DNA from: Octopus vulgaris
Lineage: Eukaryota
DNA length: 64,000 nt
Assembly: GCA_951406725.2 (NCBI GenBank)
Contig: OX597832.1
Location: 64,294,001 to 64,358,000 of the forward strand
Direction of reading: 5' to 3'
Both the position numbers and the translations under genes were made by a program. Of this stretch, positions 13,593-27,222 are shown one piece after another. The notes under the pieces are model-generated. The model was not told the origin of the DNA. It searched no databases and worked only from the letters and a program-made list of their open reading frames with translations. Position 1 is the stretch's first letter, and each line of letters opens with the position of its first letter.

Positions 13593-13884
13593 TACACATA
13601 GACTTCCAAGCGGTAGCTGTTTCTTACACCCTGTGTATACGTATATGCATGCACACATACACAAACACACAAACATGGACAATATATATATATATATATA
13701 TATACATATATACATACGTTGATATATAGATGTATACTAAATATATACCTGCATGTTAGTTTAAGTCAAGGAAAACGATAAAATTATCAATGTAGCAGAA
13801 GTATCAACATAGGCTTACAGCTGTTTCGATGTAGTTTCGTTTGAGTAAACCATAGCAAGAACTAAGTTGTTTATACTGACACAA

Positions 13885-14216
13885 TTCTTAACTGGTACTT
13901 AGTTTATTGACCTTGAAAGAATGAAAGCAGAGTCGAATTCGGCGGAATTTGTCTAACGGTCTAACGATTCTCCTCATCTACTGCCCTAATAATAATAACT
14001 ATAATCCTTCCTACTGTAGGCACAAGGCCTAACATTTTGGGAAAGGGATTAAATCGATCAAATCGACTCTTGTACGCAGCTGGCACTTTTAATCGACCCC
14101 AAAAGGATGAAAGGCCAATTCGACCTCGTCGGAATTTGAACTCAGAACGTAAGGACGGACCAAATGCTGCGAAGCATTTTGCCCGGCGTGCTAACGATTC
14201 TGCCAACTCGCCGCAT

Positions 14217-14279
<63 letters not shown>

Positions 14280-14420
14280 TCAGACAAATGCATAACAAAA
14301 ACTCTAAGGCCCTGAAATTTTGGGGGAGTGGCTAATCGATTACATTGTCCCATGTGTTTCACTGGTACTTAATATATTGACCCCGAAAAGATGAAAGGCG
14401 CGGTCGACCTCGGCGGAAAA
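13885..14420 (-). mobile_element. Three SINE family B copies/fragments around (TAA)n
   Basis: Reverse complements of the family B central domain at ~13890-13985, 14000-14216 and 14300-14420. Confidence 0.85.
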
Positions 14421-14432
14421 TAGTAATGATAT

Positions 14433-14482
<50 letters not shown>

Positions 14483-14548
14483 ATAATAATAATAATAATA
14501 ATAATAACAACAACAACAACAACAATAATAATAATAATAATAATAATA

Positions 14549-14812
14549 ATGAAAAGAGAAACAATTCCAATCATAGGAGATACATTAAGTATGATAAAAA
14601 ATATTCAGACAAATACATAACAAAATCACCGGGACTTACAAATCTATATTACATACAGAAAATAGAACTCCTAGGCACCGCACATATCCTACGTGAAACG
14701 CTTTCAATACAGTAGCCATAAGAGCATCGCAGCAAACTACAGCACACACCCAAGGCACACAGAGCTGCGCTCGGTAGTGAAATGTAAACACGATATAAAA
14801 ACAAAACTACTG
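14549..14812 (+). mobile_element. R4/Dong-like (RLE) non-LTR retrotransposon 3' end
   Basis: ETIPII..QKIELLGTAHILRETLSIQ* C-terminus typical of R4-clade RLE elements, then a 3' UTR; (TAA)n on both sides, the known Dong target. Confidence 0.8.
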
Positions 14813-14859
14813 AATAATAATGATAATAATAATAATAATGATAATAATAATAATAATAA

Positions 14860-15270
14860 CCAGAGGCTGTGATGAAGAACGATAATTGAAAGGATTTTAT
14901 CGGAGAAATCCATAAAGGCTACCCTTAATGTTGAAGCAAGAAGACCAAAAATGAACACGGAGTGAAATGAATGGATAAATAAATAAATATCAATGTGAAA
15001 TGTCAGACTTTGCAATACCATATGATAACAAGGTGGCTACCAAGAAATTGAGAAAATTGAGAAATATTATAATCTAGGCAGAGACATGAAGCAATTGTGG
15101 AGCACAAATGTAAGAACTTGTAATTGGTGCATTTAATACAAAACCTAAACAGCTACCTTAGAATCTAAAAGCTATTGTAAGTGAGATTCGCATTGTTGAT
15201 CTGCAGAAAAGTACCATTTTCTAATCTACAAAGATCATAAGAAAGATTCTTGAGATTTCAGGAAACTTTT
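14860..15270 (+). mobile_element. Older R4/Dong-like RLE-domain remnant
   Basis: VEARRP...DFAIPYDNKV...EKIEKYYNL...LVIGAF...DLQKS...IIRKILE with stops and frameshifts. Confidence 0.75.
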
Positions 15271-15556
15271 GCAATCAAATGTCAAGATAACATTCCCGCT
15301 AACTAAAGTGGCGTGAACTAGTGGTTAGGGATTGGCGCCCACGATCGTGGGTTCTGTTCCTGGGCAAAACACCACCATTTCTCGTGTTTTAGTGGGTGGG
15401 AGAGTGCCAGAATCATCGGTATGTCGGCAGTGATGCTTCCCGGTCTACCTTCCGGCTCTCTATATTCTGAGTTAAAATCCCACCAGCCTGAGGAGGCTGT
15501 GGGAAACCACTCCAGTATTTATTCCAAATCTAGTCGTTAATGGCCGTAATTGAGAC

Positions 15557-15770
15557 CGTGGGCAGGTAGAATTGTTAGCGCGCTGAACAAAGTACTTAAC
15601 AGAATTTCGTCACTCTTTACGTTTTGAGTTCAAATTTCGCCGAAGTCGACTTTGCTTTTCATCCTTTCATGGTCGTTAAAATAATTAGAAGTCAAGTACT
15701 GGGGTCGATGAAACCGAATTACCTGCATCCCTGAAATTGCTGGCTTTGCGCCAAAATCTGAAACCAATAT
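15557..15770 (+). mobile_element. SINE family B copy
   Basis: GAGTTCAAATTTCGCCGAAGTCGACTTTGCTTTTCATCCTTTC. Confidence 0.8.
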
Positions 15771-15774
15771 ATAT

Positions 15775-16000
15775 AACCACGGTTTGAGGAAACTGAAGAG
15801 ACCTTTCTATTGTTATACATAGTGTCTTCAAAGCAAGGTGGATCTGAAAACGAATAGAAACAAATCTCCATCAATCTACAACAAACCAACACGTAGATAC
15901 TTGTGCGTTTATGTGTTTAGGTGTGATGGCGTGCGATCTAACACAGGACAATCTTACACGGCAGCTGGTATGAATAGATTTAATGATAAATCACACATAA
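15775..16000 (+). pseudogene. EGF-repeat relic block
   Basis: CLQSKVDLKT; 15896: DTCAFMCLGVMACDL / NTGQS / LHGS. Confidence 0.65.
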
Positions 16001-16470
16001 ATCACATATAACTAATTAGCAGAATAGAAAATCACAGCGAACGCTGTATTCCCGTATATATATATATCTGAAAGATAGCTATAATGACCAAGAATATAAT
16101 ACTTTCCTTCAAAATGACTGCTCCATCAGATACGAGATGAAGATACGAAGCAAGAAAAAATATAAGCATATATATTGAATTATTCTCACAAAACGCATAA
16201 TTTTCTCTCACTCTGCTGGCTGTGTGTCCGTGCTATCGATGCTTCTTTACATTCGTTACTCGTATGATATATGTCCTTTCCTTGAAAACCTATCTACGCC
16301 GCAGTTTCCGTCCTGTTGTCTCTCCATTCACTTCTATAGATCGCCATTTTTTTCTTGTTAATTCTGTTCTACTTAAACTTTCTTTCTGTAAGGTTATACT
16401 TTCGTATGTTTATTTTAGTATTTATTAGTGTAAGGTATATATGTATACGCGAATGAATACATACATACAA

Positions 16471-16576
<106 letters not shown>

Positions 16577-16687
16577 ATACATGCCTGTAGATGTTATACA
16601 TATGCAAATAGGCACAAATAACTATACAGACATGGATACTGCCTCAAACGAATATATCAAATGTATAATGTGCCTCTACGTATATAG

Positions 16688-16756
<69 letters not shown>

Positions 16757-17053
16757 TGTGCACGTATGTTTGCAAATATATACATGCAATTATACTTACA
16801 TAAATATGTAATAGTATATATGTGTGTGTGTGTGTGTGCATACGACATACATCTAAATACACACGTATATACATGTGTTTGTGTGTAAATGTATATGTAC
16901 ACACATACACACCCATATTATTTATAGATACCCATATGTATATTTCTATATACACATATTGACATTTATAGATATATGTGTATACATATTGGAAAACATA
17001 TGTTTAAAAGTATATATATATATATATATGCTTTACATCTATATCTATCTATC

Positions 17054-17103
<50 letters not shown>

Positions 17104-17105
17104 TT

Positions 17106-17148
<43 letters not shown>

Positions 17149-17567
17149 CTGTATATTTATGTTCATACCATATATATACTTCTGAAACATATGCATGTGT
17201 ATGTGAGAGTGTATGTGTGTGTATTATTTTTCATATCCTTCCGTTCTTTGTCTTTTCTCTCTTTTCAATGCTTTTGTTTTTTTTTTGTTTCAATTTCCTG
17301 AAATATTTGTTTGCTTATTCTTCTCATATTCTACAATTTCCTTAGATACGTTGTGCTAACGCAGTATGTGTGTGTGTGTGTGTCTGTGTGTGTACGTATA
17401 ATATACACAGATATGCATATACATATGTAATTTTGTAGTTTATAGTGCACACACACGCACATACACACACACACACATATATATATACACACATACATAC
17501 ATAACATATCAATAAATGTTTACAAATAATTAATATATTACGTGTATGTGTACATGTATGTATGTGC

Positions 17568-17609
<42 letters not shown>

Positions 17610-17989
17610 CGGTAATATTCAATATACCACACTATTCTTGTGTACATGTGTGTGTGCATATTAACTGTCAATATGCTGTATTCCCCCTCTCTCTCTCACT
17701 CACACACACATATATATCTTCATTTTCATGCATACATATATAATTGCTTGATACTTTTCCAGTTTTAATTCTTTATCTTTAGGTATGCAGGTGTGTGTCT
17801 GCTACTGTATGTGCGTATGTATGTATGTATGTATGTATGTGTGTATGTATGTATTATGTATGTATGTATGTATGTATGTATGTATTCGACATGTGAAACC
17901 GTTAATGCAATCACGTTTTTCCTTCCTCCATTTCTTTTTTCTCTTTCTATTTTCTTCCCTCATTCCGTTCTCTTGAAGAGCGTAGGCTT

Positions 17990-18460
17990 GAAACGTCAAA
18001 GACTTTTTCCTTTTCCTGAACGTCAAACCAATACACCATGTTTGTTGTTCACACCTGTCTCTGTTCTGTTTTTTCTTTCTTGTACATTTGGACCAAGTAT
18101 GTGTGCCTGTGTGTTTCTGGGTAGTGATAGATCTGCACCGTTCTATTATTAAGATCACCTGCATTACCTGCGTCTGAATTAACTTTCGATGTGTTGACCG
18201 TCCTTCACACCTGTAAACTCCTCTCATATTTCTCCGTTACAACCAGCATGACTTAGTGGCACTAGGACTTGCTTTAGGTACAATACATACAATGGCTTTG
18301 CTTGTAGTTTCAACACAGTTTCTCAAGACGTTGGTCAACCAAGAATGCAGAAGTTTTCATTTGCTCAGGAAGTCACGGAGTGGAATCCAAGACGTTACCT
18401 TTTCGTTGCGGCACATTGTATTTCTTAACATTCGGCCGCCCTGTACCTGTATACACCTGT
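17990..18460 (+). pseudogene. EGF-repeat relic block
   Basis: SCTFG; FLGSDR; QECRS; ICSGSHG; TFGR/PCT. Confidence 0.4.
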
Positions 18461-18815
18461 TCATGTGTATCTGTATATATTTTCATGTTAGTACGTATTA
18501 CGTATTATATACTGAAAGGCAACCATGCTGATTCTTGTAGAGAACCCACCCTCATCAACCATAATCTCCATTACTTGCCTACAACCACCACCACTATCAT
18601 CATCATCATGATCATTATCTTCTACGTCACTGTCACTTAGTATCATCCTCAGTATAATCTCAATATCACTACCATTATATGCAGCATCAACTCCACTACG
18701 GCCACCGAAATAATTACACACACCACGGCTATTTATACGCCCGTTATGGCCATCAACATCATCATTATCACCATCATCTCAGCCAATCTTTTTACACACA
18801 CACACACACATTTAC

Positions 18816-18860
<45 letters not shown>

Positions 18861-18869
18861 TGTATAAGT

Positions 18870-18900
<31 letters not shown>

Positions 18901-18998
18901 CATATATATATATATATATGTGTGTATATATATATATGTATATATATATATGTATTTATATATATATGTATATATATGCATGTATATATATGTATGTA

Positions 18999-19040
<42 letters not shown>

Positions 19041-19185
19041 GCCCCACACTTTTCTTGTCAGATGATCCCTGGTGTATCTTTGAATGAAACAAAATGTCTT
19101 TTGTGGAAGTCATTGACTTAAAAAATAATAACACTGAATCCCAGTATTTTGAGATAATCAGGTAATCACGGGGAACTTATATATT

Positions 19186-19257
19186 ATTCAATAGTCCGAT
19201 ACGATGCGTTTCGTGTGAATATATTTGCAAGAAACCTGTGGTATCGGACTATTGAAT
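19186..19257. repeat. 72-nt hairpin / palindrome
   Basis: Perfect 17-bp arms ATTCAATAGTCCGATAC / GTATCGGACTATTGAAT, with inner pairing GTTTCGTGTGAAT / ATTTGCAAGAAAC. Confidence 0.85.
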
Positions 19258-19269
19258 TCCTATTAAAAG

Positions 19270-19730
19270 AAATTATTTGTCTACCAGTGCGGCGTTGAGA
19301 ATTCATTTTCCAGTTTGTCACAAGTACACAAACGCCAATGCACTCTCACACACACAGTGGTATATATACATTTACATACGACAAAGACGTGTGATTACTA
19401 TCTACGACCAGCCAAATACCATTCAATGACACATCGCCGTCCTAACCGTGTCCCGCATCGCCATTATTGAATGGAAAACTCTAAAGAAGAAAAGAATACA
19501 TAAAGTAAGGTATGAACAAAGTAGCAAGTGTGAAGCGTCTATGAAAGTTATTAAGTGTGAATGTGCAAATGTGTGGCTGTATATTAACTATATTTATGAT
19601 AAGATTCCTATTGAAGTAAATGCTTGCTGCATGGAAACTGCAGCAGATCTATGATTTCTGATCATATTCATTCGAATCCGTTGTTGCCGTCGCCAGGATA
19701 CAAAGAAGCACTTGCCACATCGTTGTTATA
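19270..19730 (+). pseudogene. EGF-repeat relic block
   Basis: YQCG; PVCHKYT/RQCTL; SKCEASMKVIKCEC; GNCSR; PGYKEA/TCHI. Confidence 0.5.
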
Positions 19731-19749
19731 AGTTTCATAATTATTTCAC

Positions 19750-19910
19750 ATGCAGGCGTGTTTGTGGGGTAAGAAGCTTCCCAAACACATGCTTCCAGGT
19801 TCAGTCCCACTGCGTAGCACCTTAGGCAGGTAAGTGTCTTCTACATTAGCCTCGAGCAGCCCAAGGCCTTGTGAGTGGATTTGGTAGACGGAAACTGAAA
19901 GAAGCCTGTC

Positions 19911-19952
<42 letters not shown>

Positions 19953-20699
19953 ATGTGTGTGTGTGTGTGGTTGCCCCCGCACCATCGCTTGACAACCGAT
20001 GTTGGTGTGTTTACATCTCTGTAGCATAGCGGTTCGCCAAATAGAGGCCGATAGAATAAGTACTACACTTACAAAGAATAAGTCTTGGTTGTCGATTTCT
20101 TCGACTAAAAGCGGCGCTCCAGCATGGCCACAGTCAAATGACGGAAACAGGTAAAGCAGGGGCGGGGAAACCCCCGTCCGCGGGCGCAATTGCATCCGCG
20201 AGCACATTGTATTAAACTGCAAACATATACTCGTATTTACAAAATATAATAAATTTTTCAATTATAAAATCTATACAATATTCGCATACCTATTTGCGAC
20301 ATAGGTCGAGTTTCCACTACGACTTAAAAAGGTGGGCCCCGAACAGAAATCGTCCGGTAATTGCCATTTGAATGGAAATTGCTACGTTTGTAGCAAACGC
20401 GGCATATTGCTGGGCTTGTACTACAGCCTTAAGACTCAACTACACTTTAGCTCAAAAATATAGATCATCGCATTAGTAATGAAAAACGTCCTAGATTCAG
20501 TGGCGGCGTTAATGAAGATGTTATGCGTTAATTTAATGTGTTAGACTTATCTTCATTAATGTATATCGAATTAGACATAGATATATACAACATTTACACA
20601 GATATAAGAGTTGTGGTCCGCTCGCGGGCTTTTTTCATTGGAAATTTTTTACCCGCCACACTAAAAAGTTTCCCCACTCCTGAAGTAAAAGAATAAAAG
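19750..20699 (+). mobile_element. SINE family A, full length, with its tail split by a hAT MITE
   Basis: Head to tail at 19750-20156; tail AAGTAAAAGAATAAAAG resumes at 20683. Confidence 0.9.
20157..20682. mobile_element. hAT (Charlie-like) non-autonomous element, 526 bp
   Basis: TIRs CAGGGGCGGGGAAAC / GTTTCCCCACTCCTG (13/15), subterminal CCGCG motifs, 8-bp TSD AGGTAAAG / AAGTAAAA with central TA. Confidence 0.85.
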
Positions 20700-20869
20700 G
20701 TATACGCGGCAAATGAGAGACAAAGTGAGAGGGGGAGAGAGAGAGAAAAAGGAAGAGAAAGAGAGACAGACATAGAGAGAGAGAAGGGGAGAGAGAGAGA
20801 AAGAGGGAGAGAGAGAGAAAGAGGGAGAGAGAGAGAAAAGAAAGAGAAAGAGAGAGAGAGGTGTATAAT

Positions 20870-21090
20870 AATGAACGCGGCTTAATGTTTAGACAATTAG
20901 AGACTCGATCATAAGCTGGTGGGACTGGTTCCCGTTCTGAGAAGCGTGTTGTGTTTTCTCACTTTATTTCTCAATACTTGTGTCATATTAAGAAAGCTTA
21001 GTCTGAAGTTTGGGACATGTACCAAACCTAAAATGTGACCTAAAATTTTCTGGCATAAAGAGGGTACGTTCAGCAGCGAATTGCTGTATT
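20870..21090 (+). pseudogene. EGF-repeat relic block
   Basis: TGSRSEK; NTCV; FGTCTK; KCDLKFSGIKRVRSAANC. Confidence 0.55.
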
Positions 21091-21127
21091 ATGTCTCTGT
21101 CCATCACTCACACACACACACACACAC

Positions 21128-21204
<77 letters not shown>

Positions 21205-21221
21205 ACCCATCTCTCTCTATT

Positions 21222-21897
21222 TTTTTTTGCTTTTGATATGTTTCAGTCTTGAGGCTGCGGCGTGATGGGGCACCGCCATTGCAATCCCCTTTTAATTGGC
21301 TAATTCTATGAGTTTTCTTCTGGTGAAGGAGGGGGTTCGATATTGCTGTCCTCTTTTGAGTTTCCTGCTTTGATATTGGTTCATCTGAGATCTTGGATAC
21401 TAAGAGGTTAAGTTGTTACTTGAAAACATCTACTCCCACTTCATGGAGGGCCCTCAGATGTTTTGGCAAGGAGTTAAATAGCTGTGGGCCCTTGAATCCC
21501 AAGCTATTGAAGTACATGGTCTTCGCTCTATATGAGACAGCTGGGACTTTTGGACCAGTGCAGTGACGTCCATTTCAAGGTCTGGTATAACTCTCAAATC
21601 TGTAGTTTGGTGCCAGCCCTTCCAGTATCTTCCATACATATATGACTGCGTACTTGTCCCGTCTTCGCTCCAGGGAGTAGAGTCGTAGCTCTTTCAGTCT
21701 TTCCCAGCTGTTCCATTGATGCAATCTCCCTTGTGTAGTATCTCTGAACCGCCTCAAGTTCTGCTATTAATCGTATAGTGTAGGGTGACCATAGTTGAGA
21801 GCTGTAGTCCAGACGACTGAGGACAAATGTCCTCAATTGGACCAGCATAGTTTCTTGGTGCCTTGTTCTGAAGGTTCTCAGACTCCATCCGGTCAAG
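21222..21897 (-). mobile_element. 5'-truncated CR1-type LINE remnant
   Basis: GWSLRTFRTR...FVLSRLDYSSQLWSP...WERLKELRLYSLERRR..YAVIYVWKILEGLAPN; homologous to 62908-63741; frameshifted. Confidence 0.92.
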
Positions 21898-21899
21898 CA

Positions 21900-22970
21900 C
21901 ATAATGTGACATGCATATAATGTCTGTGTGTGCGTGCGTGCGTTATACTTATGTCGATCATTTCTGCCGATCAACCGTTAACAATAGCACACTGTTGCAA
22001 CACATTGGATCTATTTAACTTTACTCACTGACAACTGCGTTCTCGCTTTAGTGAAATTTTGTGAAAGCAATGTACTTATTCTAGGCATCAGCGAAGCCTT
22101 CAGACATATGCAAATCGGCTATCAAAACTTCCCACTTCATCTAGCTCCCGACAACAGTTTTCGCCTCGCAGTCACTTCAAATATCGAGCTACATTATAAC
22201 CGAGTAATTCTCCTGGTGAAACACATCTGTAGCATAGCTTGAACCGCTTCCATAAGACTAGTTCTTTTCTTCTATACAGGAAATTCTTTCCGCTCCCAAA
22301 TTATGCTGACAATTTCCAGTATATTTAGATGCTTTACTTAGAAGTACCTGATGATTATGTATGTGTTTATAATCTCCCATATCCACTCGTTGTTATGGCA
22401 GTTGGACGTACAGATCCTTCATCTGCACATATCTATGCAGGTCTGAGTAAGATTTGTCGAGGAACACAGGCAGTTGCTCATGCATGTAACTCTCTCGTTA
22501 AAATACTTTTGAAGATTATCCGTTTTGGGCCAATAGATTTTGGTAGCCGTGTCCTCACCGGTATTACTGACAGAACGCTAATAACCAGAACCCCCCCCCC
22601 CATATCCCCGAACTCTCTAGCAGCAGTCTTTTTCAATTGAAGGGCCTAGACTCTAAATGATACAATGCAAAGTCGAATTGAGAGGAATTTGAACTTGGTT
22701 CGTAGAAAGTCGGAAAAAATAGCTCAAACGATTTCACAAATGTGTCAGTTCATTGACTGAATCTGCTGGGGGCGAGTTTCAGTGAGATCTCATCGATATT
22801 TCCAATCTGTTTTCAACAAAGGAAGGGCATCTCCGCAGGTTACTTCAAATTTTGACAGTTTTGCATAGAAATTACTGGTCAAATATATAATATACTCGTT
22901 AGCTGATATAGATCTCGGAGTCTGTGAGCACATTGTATGCAGCGACCCAATAAACGCACATCCGTCTTAC
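21900..22970 (+). pseudogene. EGF-repeat relic block (weak)
   Basis: DHFCRST; CNTLD; FCE/KQCTY; FCIEITGQ; GVCEHIVCSDPIN. Confidence 0.35.
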
Positions 22971-23225
22971 ATATATATATGTGTGTGTGTTGGTCTATAA
23001 CAAAAGTATCGCACACTATATTATCTTACCTATCGCGTCATTAATCTTTGCCATTGTAACGACATGTGCACTCCATCATTTATTACATAGCACCTTATTC
23101 TATCCCGTTCATATATATATATATATATATATATAAAATCATACTTTACTCGTCTAGTCCTTAAAGCGTGCCAATGAACCAAGTCATGAGACTAATTTCC
23201 GCCACATTATATATACATACGTACA

Positions 23226-23300
<75 letters not shown>

Positions 23301-23343
23301 ATGTGTGTATATATATATATATGTGTGTGTGCGCGTGTATAAT

Positions 23344-23442
<99 letters not shown>

Positions 23443-23462
23443 GCATGCGTGTATTTGTGCGC

Positions 23463-23499
<37 letters not shown>

Positions 23500-23819
23500 T
23501 ATACACACACATACAAAAGATGGAATGCATATGTACACAAATACTTATACAGATGCATATATTAATATATTTAGTTATTAATGGGATTGTTTGTATATAT
23601 ATATACATATATACATATACATAAATATAATTCCTTCCTTTCCTCCTTCGTCATTAATCTTTGCCAATATACCGGCTTATACATACATAATGCATACATA
23701 TACATACATATATATACACACACACTTGATCATTTTCCTGCATGGCGTCCATCATACTAATCTATCATTCTACTGGACATAGTCTAGGCCTTGTTCTGTC
23801 CCTGTATAAATTATATTAA

Positions 23820-24035
23820 ACAGAGTGGAATGTCATTTGACGGAGTCTAGTCTCTGAAGTACGATTAGCTGTGAAAGAGATGCTACGTTACGACCAATGC
23901 TTCCCTTGTGTGCTACCATACAATATTTCACTATGGTGCGACTCGCTATCGTAATTATAACGACGATGACAATCATCAACCTATTGAGGAGGTCGGCGAC
24001 GACCCTTATGTTAGCCATCTTCAGATCACTGTGAA
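23820..24035 (+). pseudogene. EGF-repeat relic block
   Basis: ECHLT; SCER; 23929: HYGATRYRNYN (cf. YGATCYRNCN); DHCE. Confidence 0.5.
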
Positions 24036-24198
24036 ATGATACCGAAGCCTTTAGTTGAACAAATCCGTCTCAGTAGTTTTAGTTTTTTTATGTCTGTTAG
24101 TCTGCCTTTCTCTTTTGCTGAATCATTACATTACCGGGGAGGTAATCAAACCAACAACGGTTATCAAGCGACTTTCAAAAATGCGCGAACTCGCACAC

Positions 24199-24281
<83 letters not shown>

Positions 24282-24324
24282 GTCTGTCTGTCTGTCTGTC
24301 TGTCTATGTATGTATGTATGTATG

Positions 24325-24373
<49 letters not shown>

Positions 24374-24378
24374 GTCTG

Positions 24379-24431
<53 letters not shown>

Positions 24432-24985
24432 TTATCTATCTCTTTGTCTGTCTATCATTCTGTGTCTGTACTTTCCGACCACATAGTTCCAGGTTCAATC
24501 CTACTGTGCGGTATCTTTGGCAAGTGTCTTCTACTGTAACCTCGAGTTGACCAAAGTCTTGTAAGTGAATTCGATAGACGGAAACTGAAAGAAGCCCGTC
24601 GTGTATACATATACATGTGTGCGTGTGTGTGTAAGTATCTCTGTGTGTTTTTGTGTCTGTGTCCAAACCCCACGACACTGTGGGGTATGGACACAACCGG
24701 TGTTGGTGTGTGCATTCCCGTAACGTAGCAGTTCGGCAGAAAGGAACGATAGAATAAGTGCCGGGCTTTAAAAAAATACAGTGGTTGATTGGCCGTGCCC
24801 CAGCATGGCCGCCGTCTCACGACTGACAAAAGTAAAAGATGAAAGACACACACATAGTGTATTGTAGGCGCAAGAACTATAATAGATAACGCTTGCCCCT
24901 TGCCCTAAATGCCGCGCAGTGGTACTAAACACAAAGCCATGTGGCTGCAAAGCCAGCATTTTAACCACATAACCATGTCTGCGCT
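24035..24985. mobile_element. Cluster of SINE family A fragments (-, +, -) with (TATC)n
   Basis: Matches at ~24035-24170 (-), 24470-24845 (+) and 24870-24985 (-). Confidence 0.8.
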
Positions 24986-25124
24986 TACACACACACACAC
25001 ATATTAGTGGACATATCAGTTTTTGTCATACAGGAATACGAAAGTATATCAATATGTTTAATTTCGGCATAGGGCTAGCAGTTTTAAGGGCTAATCGATT
25101 ACATCGTCCCCGTTAAGCATTTTC

Positions 25125-25225
25125 TTCGACGTGCTTGCGAATCTTAAACTGTGTCAACTCTATGAACAACAATATGGCGGCGGATTGGCCGAAATGACAG
25201 TATGTTGAGGGATTCAGTTCCGTGT
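25125..25225 (+). pseudogene. EGF-repeat relic block
   Basis: RACES; 25147: NCVNSMNNNMAADWPK*QYVEGFS. Confidence 0.5.
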
Positions 25226-26397
25226 TTATTTTTCTTAAGTTTGCGATCAAATCATTGTCGCGTTTAATTTAGCGTTTTTTTCATTCTGAGGACGGATTAT
25301 ATGTATCAGTCAGTCAAAAAACGAGCTAATTCGAATAAAATTTCAGCCTGCTTGTTTATTTTCGAAATCACTTTTACAAACAATAAAAGTCCAAAACAAT
25401 AGCAACAAAACAACAATAGTAACAAGAAGAACATTAAGACCAATAAAAGAACTGCTATGTATGCAAATAAAGCGACACAAATAGCATTTTGTTACGCAAT
25501 ATACACACACACACACACACATATAGATATATATATATACATATACATATACATATACATATATATATATACATATACATATACATATGCATACATATAT
25601 AGACAAACGCATAATCACAACTACAGCAACTAGTGTTTAACAGGGCAAAAATAGATTTCATTCTGCGATAAAGAAATTTATAAAAGAAAAAAGATAAAAT
25701 AAATGCGAACAGTCAAACACAATCAGAAAAAAAGTAAAAATCGACAATGATAATCATAATAACGCCAATAACATAAAGAAACATTAAACAAATAAGAAAC
25801 CGTCTTTTTTCTTCTTGTGCGATAATTTTTCTCAAGACAGGAATACAAAAGATGAGAAAGAAGAGGAATAAAATATTATAATTCTTTGAATAAAATTTCA
25901 TACGAGGTAGTTATTATTAAAATAGTCCATAAAATAAATAATGTGAAATTATCACAGATCTTATATCGAGAATGACATGGAATTCTTTACCATTTTCTTC
26001 AAATTTATTTAATTTATATCTTTATTTTTATTTATCTATTTATTATTATTATTTGTTTTATTTTGTTTATTTATTTTTGGTCTTTTGCACGATTCCTTTA
26101 ATACATTTTTTAGACTCTTTTCACACCGAACACCTGCTCCTCTAGAATCTGAAAATTTTTCAGAATCGTTGGTTTACAACGTATTTTAACGCATTATGTA
26201 GACTGCAAAGATTGTTACTATTGCTATTGTTGTTGTTCTTATTATTATAAGCTTCCGAATTTTTTCTTGTTTTCGTTTGATTTTCGTTGATATATTTACT
26301 TCCGTTCAAATAATACACGCACACACATACAAATACACACGCGCGTACAAACACACACACACATATATATAAATATATCGCGAATTTTCATTTCTAT

Positions 26398-26782
26398 AGG
26401 CGTAGGAGTGGCTATGTGGTAAGTAGCTTGCTTACCAACAACATGGTTCCGAGTTCAGTTCCACTGCGTGGCACTTTGGGCAAGTGTCTTCTACTATAGC
26501 CTCGGGCTGACCAGAGCTTTATGAGTGGATTTGGTAGACAGAAACTGAAAATAGCCCGTCGAATATATGTATATGTATATGTCTGTGTGTGTGTATGTTT
26601 GTGCGTCTGTGTTTGTCCCCTCAACATCGCTTGACAACCGATGCTGATGTCAGCGGTTCAGCAACAGAGAGGCCGATAGAACAAGACTAGCCGTACAAAG
26701 AATAAGTCCTGGGGTCAATTTGCTCGTCTTAAGGCGCTGCTCCAGCATGGCCACAGTCAAATGACTGAAACAAGTAAAAGAG
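26398..26782 (+). mobile_element. SINE family A, near full length
   Basis: GGCGTAGGAGTGGCTATGTGGTAAG ... CAGTCAAATGACTGAAACAAGTAAAAGAG. Confidence 0.93.
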
Positions 26783-26807
26783 TATATATTAAATATTTGT
26801 ATATATG

Positions 26808-26842
<35 letters not shown>

Positions 26843-26934
26843 ATAAATTTATATATGTGTAGCTATATGGCTCAGATCAAAATGTAACACAAACACACAC
26901 ACATATATAAAAGTTGATATGAGTGTGTTTTAAT

Positions 26935-27150
26935 ATGGAGCCTCGATGTGACGGTACAAACAGTGATTAAAACCTAGAGCTCCACCAGTAGAACGAATAG
27001 GAGAAAATGTCGGTTAGTTTCACCCGATAGTTGCCCGCTAATCAACATTATTATCTTCGTTTGTTAAGATCTGCAGGCCTGGAGTAATATTTATTAAATG
27101 GGTGAATATAAATTTATCGACACACAAACTGTTTCGTTGCCAGCTTGTAT
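26935..27150 (+). pseudogene. EGF-repeat relic block
   Basis: PRCDGTNSD*NLE; RIGE/KCR; DSCP; KICRPG. Confidence 0.5.
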
Positions 27151-27175
27151 TTGCGCGTGAGCAGTGTGAGTGGTG

Positions 27176-27222
<47 letters not shown>

